Notes under the pieces: model-generated | Databases searched by the model: none | Seen by the model: the letters and a program-made list of their open reading frames with translations, nothing else | What the model was told of the DNA's origin: nothing | Assembly (NCBI GenBank): GCA_003345545.1 | Contig: PRDH01000039.1 | Coordinates: forward strand, 89,881 to 153,880 | Source: Candidatus Thorarchaeota archaeon | GTDB taxonomy: Archaea; Asgardarchaeota; Thorarchaeia; Thorarchaeales; Thorarchaeaceae | Length of the DNA stretch: 64,000 bases | Reading direction: 5' to 3' | Program-made: the position numbers and the translations under genes | In this document: one piece after another, positions 28,456-38,114 of the stretch | Numbering within the stretch: the stretch's first letter is position 1 | How the letters are laid out: each line of letters opens with the position of its first letter

Positions 28456-29397
28456 TTATAGTTCGACGCGACCGGCCTGCACCTTTCCATCTTCAATAGT
28501 AATCAGGAATGCTTTCAGAATACCTTCTCTGTATTCAGAACCAGGATTCACGCATAGCGTTTTGCCAAGGCTTCTGTAGCCAACGCTTTCGTGTATATGT
28601 CCGTGCATGCCCAACATAGGTTGGTACTTCTCAATCACGGCTCGCACTGACTTGCTTCCGACCGGACCAATAATCTCCTGTGCACCAGATTTCTTCACCT
28701 TGTGCTCTTCATCAAGCGATGGTGCAGTATCAAGGCCAGAGTTGTACGGAGGGTCATGGAAGTTGCATATGACCTTCGAGTAGTCTTTTGTATCGAGGCG
28801 TGCAAATTCCTCTTCCAGTTTTCCAAGCAACTCATCATCAGGGCATTCTCTGGGTGTTTGCCAAGGAGTCTTACTTACCCATTCACAGCTAATCATGGGA
28901 TATCCTCTTACGTCTATCACTCTCTTCAAAGGGTATATGACCTTAGGATCTCTCTTGATCACATCATCAATAGCCCAACTATCATCGTTTCCAGGGTTCA
29001 CCACAACCATCACGTCACCGGAAATCCTCTCGTTAGCCATTCTCATCCAGAGTTCGATTCGTTGAATCATCAATTCCTCGAAGAGCTTGGTGACTGCACC
29101 AGGAGTTTCGCGAAGCTTGGCGAATTCGTCAGCAGTCATAATCCTCGGGTAGTACCCCTCGTCCATAGTGAACTTGACGAAATGGTCTAAGTCCTTCTGC
29201 TTCTTGAATTCCTTTCTCTTTCCTTGAGGTGAGGCATACCACTTGTCCTCCTTCTCTTGGATTATGGGAACTATAGCTTTGCCAGTCAGGTCGCCGCACA
29301 TCATGGCAACATCGGCCTTGAATACATTGGGCGCGCGACACATCTTCTCCCATGTCTGTTGGCTTCCGTGTGGATCAGCTGCTAAGAAGATTCTCAT
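28456..29397 (-). CDS. Icc-related metallophosphoesterase
   Basis: ADPHGS, GDLTGK, PGNDD, HDPP, HGHIHE and VNPGS; ATG (MRIFLAAD) at 29397. Confidence 0.88.
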   Translation of the reverse strand: MRIFLAADPHGSQQTWEKMCRAPNVFKADVAMMCGDLTGKAIVPIIQEKEDKWYASPQGKRKEFKKQKDLDHFVKFTMDEGYYPRIMTADEFAKLRETPGAVTKLFEELMIQRIELWMRMANERISGDVMVVVNPGNDDSWAIDDVIKRDPKVIYPLKRVIDVRGYPMISCEWVSKTPWQTPRECPDDELLGKLEEEFARLDTKDYSKVICNFHDPPYNSGLDTAPSLDEEHKVKKSGAQEIIGPVGSKSVRAVIEKYQPMLGMHGHIHESVGYRSLGKTLCVNPGSEYREGILKAFLITIEDGKVQAGRVEL

Positions 29398-29600
29398 CTT
29401 GTTACCTCGTCTCGTTCTCTCTGCTTGGAGTTCAAACACTCTTTGCTCAGATTGTTCTTTGCGTGTAAATCGGATTTAAAATCCTAATGGTACAACACAA
29501 TTCGTACTTTAACTGGACTTATAGAAAACGCAGTCAGGGCACAAGATATTAATGTCAACATGTTTCCGGGGTAATAGCAACTGAGTCCTCACAATTTGAG

Positions 29601-30413
29601 GTGACATGGTTATTGACAGGTAAATATGACCCAATCAACGACGACTTCATGCAAGAAGCATTGAGAATCGAGAGAGCAGCCGCAGATAACGATATCCCTC
29701 TACGAATAATAGGGTGTCTTGCATTCAGACTAAAGAGCCCTGACTTCACAGATCTTCACATCAAGATGGGGCGGGAAGTCACAGATATCGACTTCATCTC
29801 TTATTTCAAATACCAGAGCAAGCTAGTGAAGCTGTTCAAAGATGAACTCGGTTACTATTGGGTACCCCCAGGCTTCGCTAGAGCAAGCAGTCTACGAGAC
29901 CTTTTCATCGACCAACAGCGCAACAGGAAGATAGATGTTTTCTACGACCACTTGGATTTTAGCCACAATATTGATTTTACTAAGAAGAAGAGGCTCGAAG
30001 CTGATGAGCCAACAATTCCCTTGGCCGAGTTGTTCCTTGAAAAGACGCAAATCCTAGAAATCAATGCTAAAGATTTGAAGGATCTGGTAATCACTTTCTT
30101 GGCCCATGATATTAGTGATACCTTCGATGACACGAACGTAAACGGTCGCTATATTGCAGATTTGCTCTCGGATGATTGGGGCTTCTACCATGATGCCACA
30201 GAGAACCTCAAGAAGCTCATTGACTTTGTTCCAACAATCAACGAGCTCACACAAGAACAGAAAGACTTGGTCATTGAGCGTGCAAAGAAGATGGAAAAGA
30301 TGATTGAGGACACACCAAAAACCCGCGCGTGGAAGAACCGTGCTGCGGTTGGCACAAAGAAGCGTTGGTACAAGTTTGTGCATTCGATGGAAGGGACACG
30401 CTCAGCAGAATAA
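29601..30413 (+). CDS. Putative nucleotidyltransferase-fold protein
   Basis: LRIIGCLAF...REVTDIDF (GS-like + DxD) and KIDVF third Asp. Confidence 0.65.
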   Translation: MTWLLTGKYDPINDDFMQEALRIERAAADNDIPLRIIGCLAFRLKSPDFTDLHIKMGREVTDIDFISYFKYQSKLVKLFKDELGYYWVPPGFARASSLRDLFIDQQRNRKIDVFYDHLDFSHNIDFTKKKRLEADEPTIPLAELFLEKTQILEINAKDLKDLVITFLAHDISDTFDDTNVNGRYIADLLSDDWGFYHDATENLKKLIDFVPTINELTQEQKDLVIERAKKMEKMIEDTPKTRAWKNRAAVGTKKRWYKFVHSMEGTRSAE

Positions 30414-30432
30414 AACGTCGAGGTGCATTGAA

Positions 30433-31551
30433 ATGAAGCTGACTAAAGAGAATGCATATGATATGCTAATCGGTGTCGGGATACTCGGCACGGGCGGCGG
30501 TGGCGACCCGGTGTCATTTGGCAAGCCTCTTGTTGATTGGGACTATCAAAGAGGTAGAACGTACGAGATTACTGACCCCACTCAAGTCAAGGACGATGCC
30601 TTTATTGTATGCGGAGGATACATGGGTTCTGTCAATGTCTTCAAGTCTATTGGCGACATGTTGCAGAGCTGGGAGACTAGGTTTGAACTCCACGAGGCTA
30701 TGAAGATCTCTGAGCGAATCACAGGAAAGAAAGTGAACCATTTGGTTCCTTTTGAGCTCGGAGGAACAAATACAACCGTAATGCTGTCTCTAGCTGCTCG
30801 AGCCGGAATAACAACAGTCGATGGTGATGGACTTGGTCGTTCTGCTCCTGAAACCCAGATGATCTCCTTTGTTGGCTATGGTATTGAGCTTTGCCCGATG
30901 CCGGTTGTTTCAAAGAATGGAAGCATCATCATTGTTGACAAGACCACGTCCCCCGCTCTTGCTGACGAAATCGGTCGTTTTGCAGTAGTACAAGATGGCG
31001 GTGTCGGGGCGAATAACCACTACTACCAATCTGGCAAGCAGCTGAAGAAGGCAGTGATTCCTAATAGCATATCCAAGTCAATTGAACTAGGCAGTGCTAT
31101 TCGTGACGCAAATGACAACAAGCGTAACCCAATCGATGCATTCTTGGATATAATGGGTGGGCGAGTTCTCACTCATGGCATCATCGAAGAAGTGAAGGGT
31201 GAAGACCGTGCAGGTCACTGGCATGTGCAGGTGCGAATCAAGCCAGAGGATCTCCGAGGTCGCTTTGAGCTTGTGGTCAAGAATGAGTATATGATGGCTC
31301 TCTGCGATGGCAAGCCTGTCGTGATGTTCCCGGACCTCATATGCATGCATGATCCGAAGACTGGTCGCGGTGTGATGAGTGCGAGTCTGAAGAAAGGACT
31401 CAAGGTTGTCGTAACAGCGGTTCCAGCGCATGAACGACTTCGCTATGCTGGTAATACTCCGATTGGCAAGAAGGCATTCTCTCCAGAACGCTACGGGCAT
31501 CCCGAACTTGAGTATAAGCCCATGGAAGACATTATTGGGCGGCTTCACTAG
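30433..31551 (+). CDS. DUF917 family protein
   Basis: ILGTGGGGDP, PFELGGTNT, VDGDGLGRSAPE, KNEY and FPDLI; ATG at 30433 after GAGGTG. Confidence 0.88.
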   Translation: MKLTKENAYDMLIGVGILGTGGGGDPVSFGKPLVDWDYQRGRTYEITDPTQVKDDAFIVCGGYMGSVNVFKSIGDMLQSWETRFELHEAMKISERITGKKVNHLVPFELGGTNTTVMLSLAARAGITTVDGDGLGRSAPETQMISFVGYGIELCPMPVVSKNGSIIIVDKTTSPALADEIGRFAVVQDGGVGANNHYYQSGKQLKKAVIPNSISKSIELGSAIRDANDNKRNPIDAFLDIMGGRVLTHGIIEEVKGEDRAGHWHVQVRIKPEDLRGRFELVVKNEYMMALCDGKPVVMFPDLICMHDPKTGRGVMSASLKKGLKVVVTAVPAHERLRYAGNTPIGKKAFSPERYGHPELEYKPMEDIIGRLH

Positions 31552-31609
31552 TTCTGTGAATTGCCATTGCGTCTTAATTTATGAGACATCATAGGAGTGG
31601 AGATACAAC

Positions 31610-32374
31610 GTGACAAGGCTAGCATTAATTGGTGCGACAGGTACCGACTGGTGGGTTGACCCCAAGAAGAAGTCCTTTGTTCTGTCCTTTGTTCCCAAAG
31701 GCAGCGAAATTGGAAACTTCACGCCTCGATATGGTACTCACAGCGTTGAGTCACACGTTGACGAAGCCTACAACGCTCCTTTTATTCTTGAGCAGGTTGT
31801 GAGGGCGAATAGAGAAGGCTATGATGTCATCGTCATTGATTGCGCATGTGATCCCATTCTTGACGCTGCAAGAGAGATTTCGAAGATTCCAGTAGTTGCT
31901 CCAAGAAACGCGTCTCTTCACCTCGCGCTCACCCTAGGAACAAGGTTCGGAATCGTCACGGTGCAAGGAGACTCGCTGAAACGGTGCATGGAATCCGGGG
32001 TCAGAAGGGAGGGCCTTGAGTCATTCTGTGCAGGTGTTCGATATCTAAGTATGCCAGTTCTCGATGTTGCTAAACGTCCTCTTGAAGCTCAGAAGGAGCT
32101 TCTCTCCATGTGCAAGAAACTTATCGAGGAGGATGGAGCCAACGTCATAGTTCTCGGCTGTACAGCCCTATCTCACGAAGTGGATTTGAAGCCAATAATG
32201 GCGAGGCTCGGAGTACCGGTAATTGATCCTTGGGTAGTAGCAGTGAAGACTGCCTTCATGCTTGTTGAAGCAGGACTTTCGCATAGCAGAGTGGCCTATC
32301 CTTCTCCTCCTCTGAAACAGGTCAACGAGGATCCTGTACTCAAGGGAGCGTTTGATAGTTATCTAAAGAAATAA
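31610..32374 (+). CDS. Hydantoin racemase / Asp-Glu racemase family
   Basis: IVIDCACDPILDAARE and VIVLGCT (two catalytic Cys), VPVIDP. Confidence 0.88.
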   Translation: MTRLALIGATGTDWWVDPKKKSFVLSFVPKGSEIGNFTPRYGTHSVESHVDEAYNAPFILEQVVRANREGYDVIVIDCACDPILDAAREISKIPVVAPRNASLHLALTLGTRFGIVTVQGDSLKRCMESGVRREGLESFCAGVRYLSMPVLDVAKRPLEAQKELLSMCKKLIEEDGANVIVLGCTALSHEVDLKPIMARLGVPVIDPWVVAVKTAFMLVEAGLSHSRVAYPSPPLKQVNEDPVLKGAFDSYLKK

Positions 32375-33610
32375 TCACTCGTTTGTCTGTTTCTTCGACC
32401 TACGAAGAAGTGGGACTATCAGGAGTAGAACGATGACAGATAGTACTGCGCAAAGCACGAACGGATACTCCGGAGAACGGTCCATGACAAGACCTCCGAC
32501 CATGGGGCCGAGGAAGAGACCCACTCCGCCCATGCTCTCAACAAGCCCGGCATGCCCTCCCTTTTCGTCCTCCGTGGCTGAGACAATAAGATACAGAGCT
32601 CCCAAGTAACTGAATCCCACGGCTATTCCCGATATGGCCATAGCCAATCCCCAAACCCACATGCTGTTTACCGCGAACATCATTACGGATGAAACACCAG
32701 ACAGAGCTGCACCTGCGATTATCACGTTTCCCATTGTTCTCTCTGGCAAACGTGCACAGATTATGAAGGCTAAGGTTCTCACGAAATTCCAAATAATGAG
32801 AAGATTTCCAAAATCCTCAGTACCGTAGCCCAATCCCTGAACATAACGCGGCAACAACGCCAGAATGACAGTCGAAATTACTCCCCATAGGGCTACTGAT
32901 AGATATGATGCGATGAATCTTGCGCCTGTCTTTGAGTGGACTGGTCTGGGTCTGTCGGTTGACTTCCGTTTCTCTCGATAGATTGTCTTCATCCTATAGT
33001 TTTGCATCATTGCTCCAATGATTCCCAGGGACACGAACTCGACAGCAATGATCACGTATATGCTTGAAAAGACTCCATACCTGCCTGTAACATATCCAAT
33101 CAGGAACGGGCTGATGATCATGCCAGCACTCCAAGATGTGGAGAAGTTGCCTAGTGTCACTGCCTGAGATTCAGGCGATAGCTCTGCGACCATTCCTTCA
33201 ATGGACGGTGCAATGAATCCATAGACGACTCCCTCTAATGCGCGGATGAGTATCAAGTGTATGGGAGTGCTACTAAACGGATACAGAATAAGGACCGCGA
33301 TGTAGGCCAAAGTTGCAATCAACATAGAGGCCCTTCTTCCTATTCGATCTGAGATCTTTCCACCAATCGAGGGCGAGAACATGTACACAAGACCAAAAGA
33401 GCCAATGGCAAGACCGGCGAGGAAACCAGACCCTCCGAGTTCCCCAGTGTACCATGATGCAAAAATCTCTGTTGTCCCTAGAGTGAGGGTCACCAAGAAT
33501 GTTATCACATAACCGATAAGACGGTTCTTTCTCTTGGCAATTGAAGGGAGGTCAGGCTCCCCGTCTACGTCTAAACAGAACATCTCTGTGTCTTCATGTA
33601 TCTCCGCCAT
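32375..33610 (-). CDS. MFS transporter
   Basis: GKISDRIGRR motif A; 12 TM helices. Confidence 0.9.
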   Translation of the reverse strand: MAEIHEDTEMFCLDVDGEPDLPSIAKRKNRLIGYVITFLVTLTLGTTEIFASWYTGELGGSGFLAGLAIGSFGLVYMFSPSIGGKISDRIGRRASMLIATLAYIAVLILYPFSSTPIHLILIRALEGVVYGFIAPSIEGMVAELSPESQAVTLGNFSTSWSAGMIISPFLIGYVTGRYGVFSSIYVIIAVEFVSLGIIGAMMQNYRMKTIYREKRKSTDRPRPVHSKTGARFIASYLSVALWGVISTVILALLPRYVQGLGYGTEDFGNLLIIWNFVRTLAFIICARLPERTMGNVIIAGAALSGVSSVMMFAVNSMWVWGLAMAISGIAVGFSYLGALYLIVSATEDEKGGHAGLVESMGGVGLFLGPMVGGLVMDRSPEYPFVLCAVLSVIVLLLIVPLLRRSKKQTNE

Positions 33611-33643
33611 AATCTCTCTCTCTCTGACTGGGTATATCCGTTT

Positions 33644-34651
33644 TCAATGGAGGTGCGGTGCCACTTTCGTTGCTAATATTTTTGCTGTCTTTACTGGATC
33701 GGTACCTGGTACAGGGAAAGCCACCAAGGTGTTCGCACCAGCATCGATGAACTCCTGCAATCGCTTGAGGCATGATTCGACATCTCCGACTACACCTAGT
33801 GTCTGTACCATCTTGTCAGTGAGCAACTCACCAACATCTTTGCCTGCCTTCTCTGCTTCTTCGAAAGAGTGAGTATCCTCATCTGTGATGTCTGCGTATT
33901 TCATCAGCGGTCCGCCAGGTTGTGAATGAGGCACGTAATACTTCATGAGACCACGTGCAAGATTGAGTGCCTTGTCTTGGTCATCGTCAATGACCATGGG
34001 TAGGTATGAAACCATCTCAAACTTGGTCAGGGACTTACCTGCCTTGTCAGCACCCTCTCTCACTCGATCCCAGGCAAACTTGACATAACCTGGTGTGTTG
34101 AAGATAGACAAGATTGCACCATCACCAATTTCGCCGGTGAGTTGGAGACCCATTTTGCCTTCGAATGCTAGGTATACTGGAGGACTCTTTCTTAGTGGCT
34201 TGAAGATAAGCTGAATATCCTTCGCCGCAAAGAACTCACCGCTGAATGATATCTTCTCGCCGGTAAGAATCATTCTGAGGAGTTCTACGCACTCTCTGGT
34301 TCTTGAAATTGGTTTCTTGACGTCAAACCCCATTTGAGTCATCCAATATGGCACCCCCGAACCAAGTCCGAAAACCATTCTCTTGTTGCTCATCTCATCT
34401 AGTGTGGCAAATTCCATAGCCATCAATGCAGGATGACGTGAGTAGGGATTGATAACTCCCAGGCCAATCCTCACCTTCTCTGTTGCCATCGCAGCGGCAG
34501 CCAGGTATGGTATTCCACCACGAAAGAAATAGTCCTCAGCGTACCATACCGAATTGAGACCTGCCTTCTCTGTAGCAATTGCCATATCCACTGCTTCTCT
34601 GACAGGAAACACTCCTGTCATTGCCAGTCCAACTTCTTTGAATCCTTTCAT
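33644..34651 (-). CDS. LLM-class (likely F420-dependent, Mer-like) oxidoreductase
   Basis: SVWYAED, GVINPYSRHPALMAM..ATLDE and GEIGDG. Confidence 0.88.
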   Translation of the reverse strand: MKGFKEVGLAMTGVFPVREAVDMAIATEKAGLNSVWYAEDYFFRGGIPYLAAAAMATEKVRIGLGVINPYSRHPALMAMEFATLDEMSNKRMVFGLGSGVPYWMTQMGFDVKKPISRTRECVELLRMILTGEKISFSGEFFAAKDIQLIFKPLRKSPPVYLAFEGKMGLQLTGEIGDGAILSIFNTPGYVKFAWDRVREGADKAGKSLTKFEMVSYLPMVIDDDQDKALNLARGLMKYYVPHSQPGGPLMKYADITDEDTHSFEEAEKAGKDVGELLTDKMVQTLGVVGDVESCLKRLQEFIDAGANTLVAFPVPGTDPVKTAKILATKVAPHLH

Positions 34652-34700
34652 CTGAATCGTTCTCCGTTATCTAGCATCTCGTATCATTCTCATTGAATAT

Positions 34701-34728
34701 GGGAAAGAAGAGGAGAGGTATCTCCTCT
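34701..34728 (-). terminator. Hairpin terminator after AOR
   Basis: AGAGGAGA-ggta-TCTCCTCT inverted repeat with a pyrimidine tail on the minus strand. Confidence 0.5.
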
Positions 34729-36652
34729 ATTCCTTGGGAAGCTTCTTCAGCTTTCCGAGATAGTCAGCTACGTCTTTCAAGCCAAGCTTCTCTAGAGTGC
34801 TTCGCTTGGGCCAACTTGTTTCTTTATCCCATTCATGAAGTTCATAGTATCGGTCGAGCATTCCATCAAGTTCTTTTTGCGAGTTCATTGCTCCCTTTAA
34901 AGGTCCTGATGCTGCTCCTTCATTCATGAGACGCCATGGCAGATTGTCGTGGGCTCGTGTCGCACCTCTGGTGACATTGAACGCCTTCTCCAAGGTACAC
35001 ACACGTCGTCCAGTCCGCATCATCTCTTCCTCTGTCAGCTCGATTCCCGTTGCGGCCGCATAGAGTCTTGCCATATTCTCAGGGTTCACGCCGAATGCTG
35101 CCGTGGATGTAAAGACACAGAAACCCAGTGCCTCCGTGATCTCATAGCAGTCTTCGTGCCATCTGACAATCTCTGCCCGATACTCTGTGAAGTGAGGAGA
35201 TGCCCATTTCTTGCTTCCAGTTATCTTCTCGATGACAGCCACCGCTTCTGGACTCGTGCCAAACTCGGCGAAGGTCTCGGTCATCAAGTGATCATTGCCT
35301 CGTGGATTCACAGCAAAGGCAAGGGAGTAGGCTTTTGCAGACCGTGTTTCTACATTAGACTGCTCCAAGCCCTTTGCGTTCATTACTGCCCATTTGTATG
35401 AGTCGTGACCGATTTTCTTGGTTGCAATCTTGAGACCGTCGCCCAGCAAGTCGCCAAGCTTGCCCTTCCTAAGGGCAAGAGCTTCTATGACCTTGAGAAG
35501 CTCTGGCAGCTTGCCCCATCCTAAGTCCAGTCCATTTGTATCTTTCTTGGTGAGAACGCCCCTCAAGTAGCTCTCAATCGCCCACTGAGCAACACCACCT
35601 GCTGTGATAGTATCAAGTCCGAGTCTGTTGCACATCTCATTTGCCAACAGGACACCTTCAGTATTGATAATTCCGGGTCCGTTGCCGAGGGCACCGAAGG
35701 TTTCATACTCTGGACCGCCGCTGGCAATGCCCGCATTTGGTCCCTTATCTATTGTAGAGTAACGATGGCACGCAATTGTACAGCCAAAGCATGCCACTCT
35801 CCGTTTCAGATACCCTTCACTGACGAGTGCCTGCCCAGTAAGCGGATAGACATTCTCTGTATATCCAGTCTGCCAGTTCTTGCCCGGAAAGGCATGAAGT
35901 TCATTCACTCCAGCCACAGACGCTGACGTTCCAAACTGATGAAGACCCTGAGCGCCGCTGTCTGCTCTCAGATTCTCTCGCATTTCCTCCGCAATCTTGG
36001 CGAATTTCGCAGGGTCTTTCACTTGTATTGGATGGGTTCCTTTCACAGAGATCGCTTTGAGCTTCTTCTTGCCCATGACAGCTGCTCCTCCGCCTCGCCC
36101 AGCTGCGTGATATACCGAGCATTGAATAGAAGCTGCGCGAACAAGATTCTCCCCAGCCGGCCCGATGTATAAACCTCTGGAGTCATCTCCATGCCACTTC
36201 TTCAGTAGCTTGTCAGTCTTAATGATGTCCTTGCCCCAGAGTTTCTTTGCATCCAAGACCTCTACGAGGTCATCCTGAATATGAATGTAGACTGGCTCTT
36301 CTGCCACTCCATGGACAACGAGATGGTCATAGCCAGCATACTTTAACTCAGCACCCCAATGGCCTCCAGTATTGCTCTTAAGGTAGAGACCCGTGGTGCA
36401 TCCAACTGTCGTCACTGATGTTCTTCCAGAAGCGGGAGCGGTTGTGCCCGTTACGGCTCCAGGTGCAAAGATGATAATGTTTCTTGGGTCATCCCACGTG
36501 ATTTCAGGGTCCTTGCAATAGTCCCATAGAATCCTCGCATTGATGCCTCTTGAACCAACGTACAACTTGCGCCATTCTTCAGGGAGTTCCTCTACCCAGC
36601 TCTTTCTCTTGCCAATGTCCACGTGCAGTATCTTTCCTTGGTGACCGTACAA
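34727..36652 (-). CDS. aor: Tungsten-dependent aldehyde:ferredoxin oxidoreductase family protein
   Basis: IGPAGENLV, AAGRGG..AVMG.KKLKAI, CFGCTIAC, PEYET, GLDTI and CVF. Confidence 0.93.
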   Translation of the reverse strand: MYGHQGKILHVDIGKRKSWVEELPEEWRKLYVGSRGINARILWDYCKDPEITWDDPRNIIIFAPGAVTGTTAPASGRTSVTTVGCTTGLYLKSNTGGHWGAELKYAGYDHLVVHGVAEEPVYIHIQDDLVEVLDAKKLWGKDIIKTDKLLKKWHGDDSRGLYIGPAGENLVRAASIQCSVYHAAGRGGGAAVMGKKKLKAISVKGTHPIQVKDPAKFAKIAEEMRENLRADSGAQGLHQFGTSASVAGVNELHAFPGKNWQTGYTENVYPLTGQALVSEGYLKRRVACFGCTIACHRYSTIDKGPNAGIASGGPEYETFGALGNGPGIINTEGVLLANEMCNRLGLDTITAGGVAQWAIESYLRGVLTKKDTNGLDLGWGKLPELLKVIEALALRKGKLGDLLGDGLKIATKKIGHDSYKWAVMNAKGLEQSNVETRSAKAYSLAFAVNPRGNDHLMTETFAEFGTSPEAVAVIEKITGSKKWASPHFTEYRAEIVRWHEDCYEITEALGFCVFTSTAAFGVNPENMARLYAAATGIELTEEEMMRTGRRVCTLEKAFNVTRGATRAHDNLPWRLMNEGAASGPLKGAMNSQKELDGMLDRYYELHEWDKETSWPKRSTLEKLGLKDVADYLGKLKKLPKE

Positions 36653-36655
36653 CTT

Positions 36656-37162
36656 TCATGCAACCTCCTTCTTGATGTCTTTGTAGGCAGCCATTCTGGC
36701 TGAACGAAGCTTTTTCTTTTGAGTGAACAACTCGTCTGTCCTCTTGACCCACAGTAGAGCACCGGGAACGCAATGCTTGACGCAGTAGGGATCTCCTTTG
36801 CAGAGATTACATATCAGAGGCACACCAGTTTCAGGATGTGACCTAATGCCATGGTATGGACAGGACTCGACACAGGACCCACATTGTGTACATATCTCCA
36901 TGTCAACTGTAATGATTCCTGTTTTGGTATCTCTGGAGAGCGCACCGTCAGGGCACGCCTTAATACATGGGTGTGCTTCACATTGCTCGCAAAGAAGCTG
37001 AACGCCCAGCGCGATGTCCTCTCTCTTTAGAATCTTGATCCTCCCTCGAGCTGGATCGAAGAGGTCTTCCTTGGTGAGTGAACATGCAAGGCTGCACTGC
37101 TTGCAGCCCGTGCATTTGTCCATATCAACAAGCAGCAATTTTTCCATATCTTTTCCTTCCAA
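36656..37162 (-). CDS. 4x[4Fe-4S] electron-transfer subunit (AorA/HydN-like)
   Basis: CTGCKQCSLAC, CEQC...CIKACP, CTQCGSCVESCP and CNLC...CVKHC. Confidence 0.9.
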   Translation of the reverse strand: MEGKDMEKLLLVDMDKCTGCKQCSLACSLTKEDLFDPARGRIKILKREDIALGVQLLCEQCEAHPCIKACPDGALSRDTKTGIITVDMEICTQCGSCVESCPYHGIRSHPETGVPLICNLCKGDPYCVKHCVPGALLWVKRTDELFTQKKKLRSARMAAYKDIKKEVA

Positions 37163-37476
37163 TGGCCAGTTGTTAAAGCAAGTTTAGTATCTTCGGGGCC
37201 TATTTTAATCCTGCCCTTCCCGTTCTGTTTCTTGAAACATATCGAAGCAAAAGTGGTGCCACAGAAATGACGTGTAGACTCCGTTGACGCACTCCCGATG
37301 AGTGTCTATATGATCAAGGAGTACACCAGAGGTTTTCCTATAAGAGGCAGCTTAAGATTCTTCCTCATCTCTTTAACAATTGAGGGCATCTCTATGCTAG
37401 TGGTGGCGTAGGACTCGTCACGTCATAAAGCAATGAGTTTTAAGACTCAGGGAAGTTTCAAATTCCGTGTATCACC

Positions 37477-38046
37477 GTGACAGAGGGACAAGAAAACATC
37501 ACGCATGAAGATGAGCTCGGCGCAAAGGATTTGGAATGGGCACGATCTGATGATGTCAAGGAGGGTCTGCGTATGATATTGTCCCATCATCCTCCCTCTC
37601 TCTATGGTCATTGCCTTCGGATTTCGGTAAGAGGCCATTCTTTGTATCTCTGTGGCAGGTGCACTGGGATATATGGCGGACTAGCGTTGGGTCTTCTGAT
37701 GCTGTTCTTATTCGACATCGCTCTCGCACCGTCATGGCTTTGGTTCCTGATATCTGTCGCAATTGGATTCTCGACTGTGGTTGACTGGATGAGTCAGAGA
37801 CTGACTCCACGTAAGACTACAAACACTATCAGAGCGGTGACGGGCTTTTGTTCCGGAATAGGACTTGCCATAATCTTCTACCTCGGCAACGTACTGTACA
37901 TGCTGGTAGCCCTAGCAGTGATGAGCGTTTCAATTGGACTGGTGGGATTGATTGAGAACCGTAGAAGGTCCGCCAGTCTTGCAGCCCAGAGAGCAGAGAT
38001 TGATGCCGAGGATTCGCTTGATGATGACGGGCACGAATCAACTTGA
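37477..38046 (+). CDS. DUF2085 membrane protein
   Basis: SHH...LCGRCTGIYGG, DWMSQ and TNTIRAVTG. Confidence 0.85.
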   Translation: MTEGQENITHEDELGAKDLEWARSDDVKEGLRMILSHHPPSLYGHCLRISVRGHSLYLCGRCTGIYGGLALGLLMLFLFDIALAPSWLWFLISVAIGFSTVVDWMSQRLTPRKTTNTIRAVTGFCSGIGLAIIFYLGNVLYMLVALAVMSVSIGLVGLIENRRRSASLAAQRAEIDAEDSLDDDGHEST

Positions 38047-38114
38047 GCAGTACATTATTGATTCATGCCAAAGTGTTTTAAACTAGGCATCGTGCGATTA
38101 CTCAGTGACAAACG

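Noticed and set aside
36650-36658. In-frame TGA-AAG-TTG junction between the Fe-S subunit and AOR (possible Sec readthrough fusion)
   Set aside because: The TGA does not align to a Cys position, a GGAGG RBS precedes the TTG start, and no SECIS-like element was identified.
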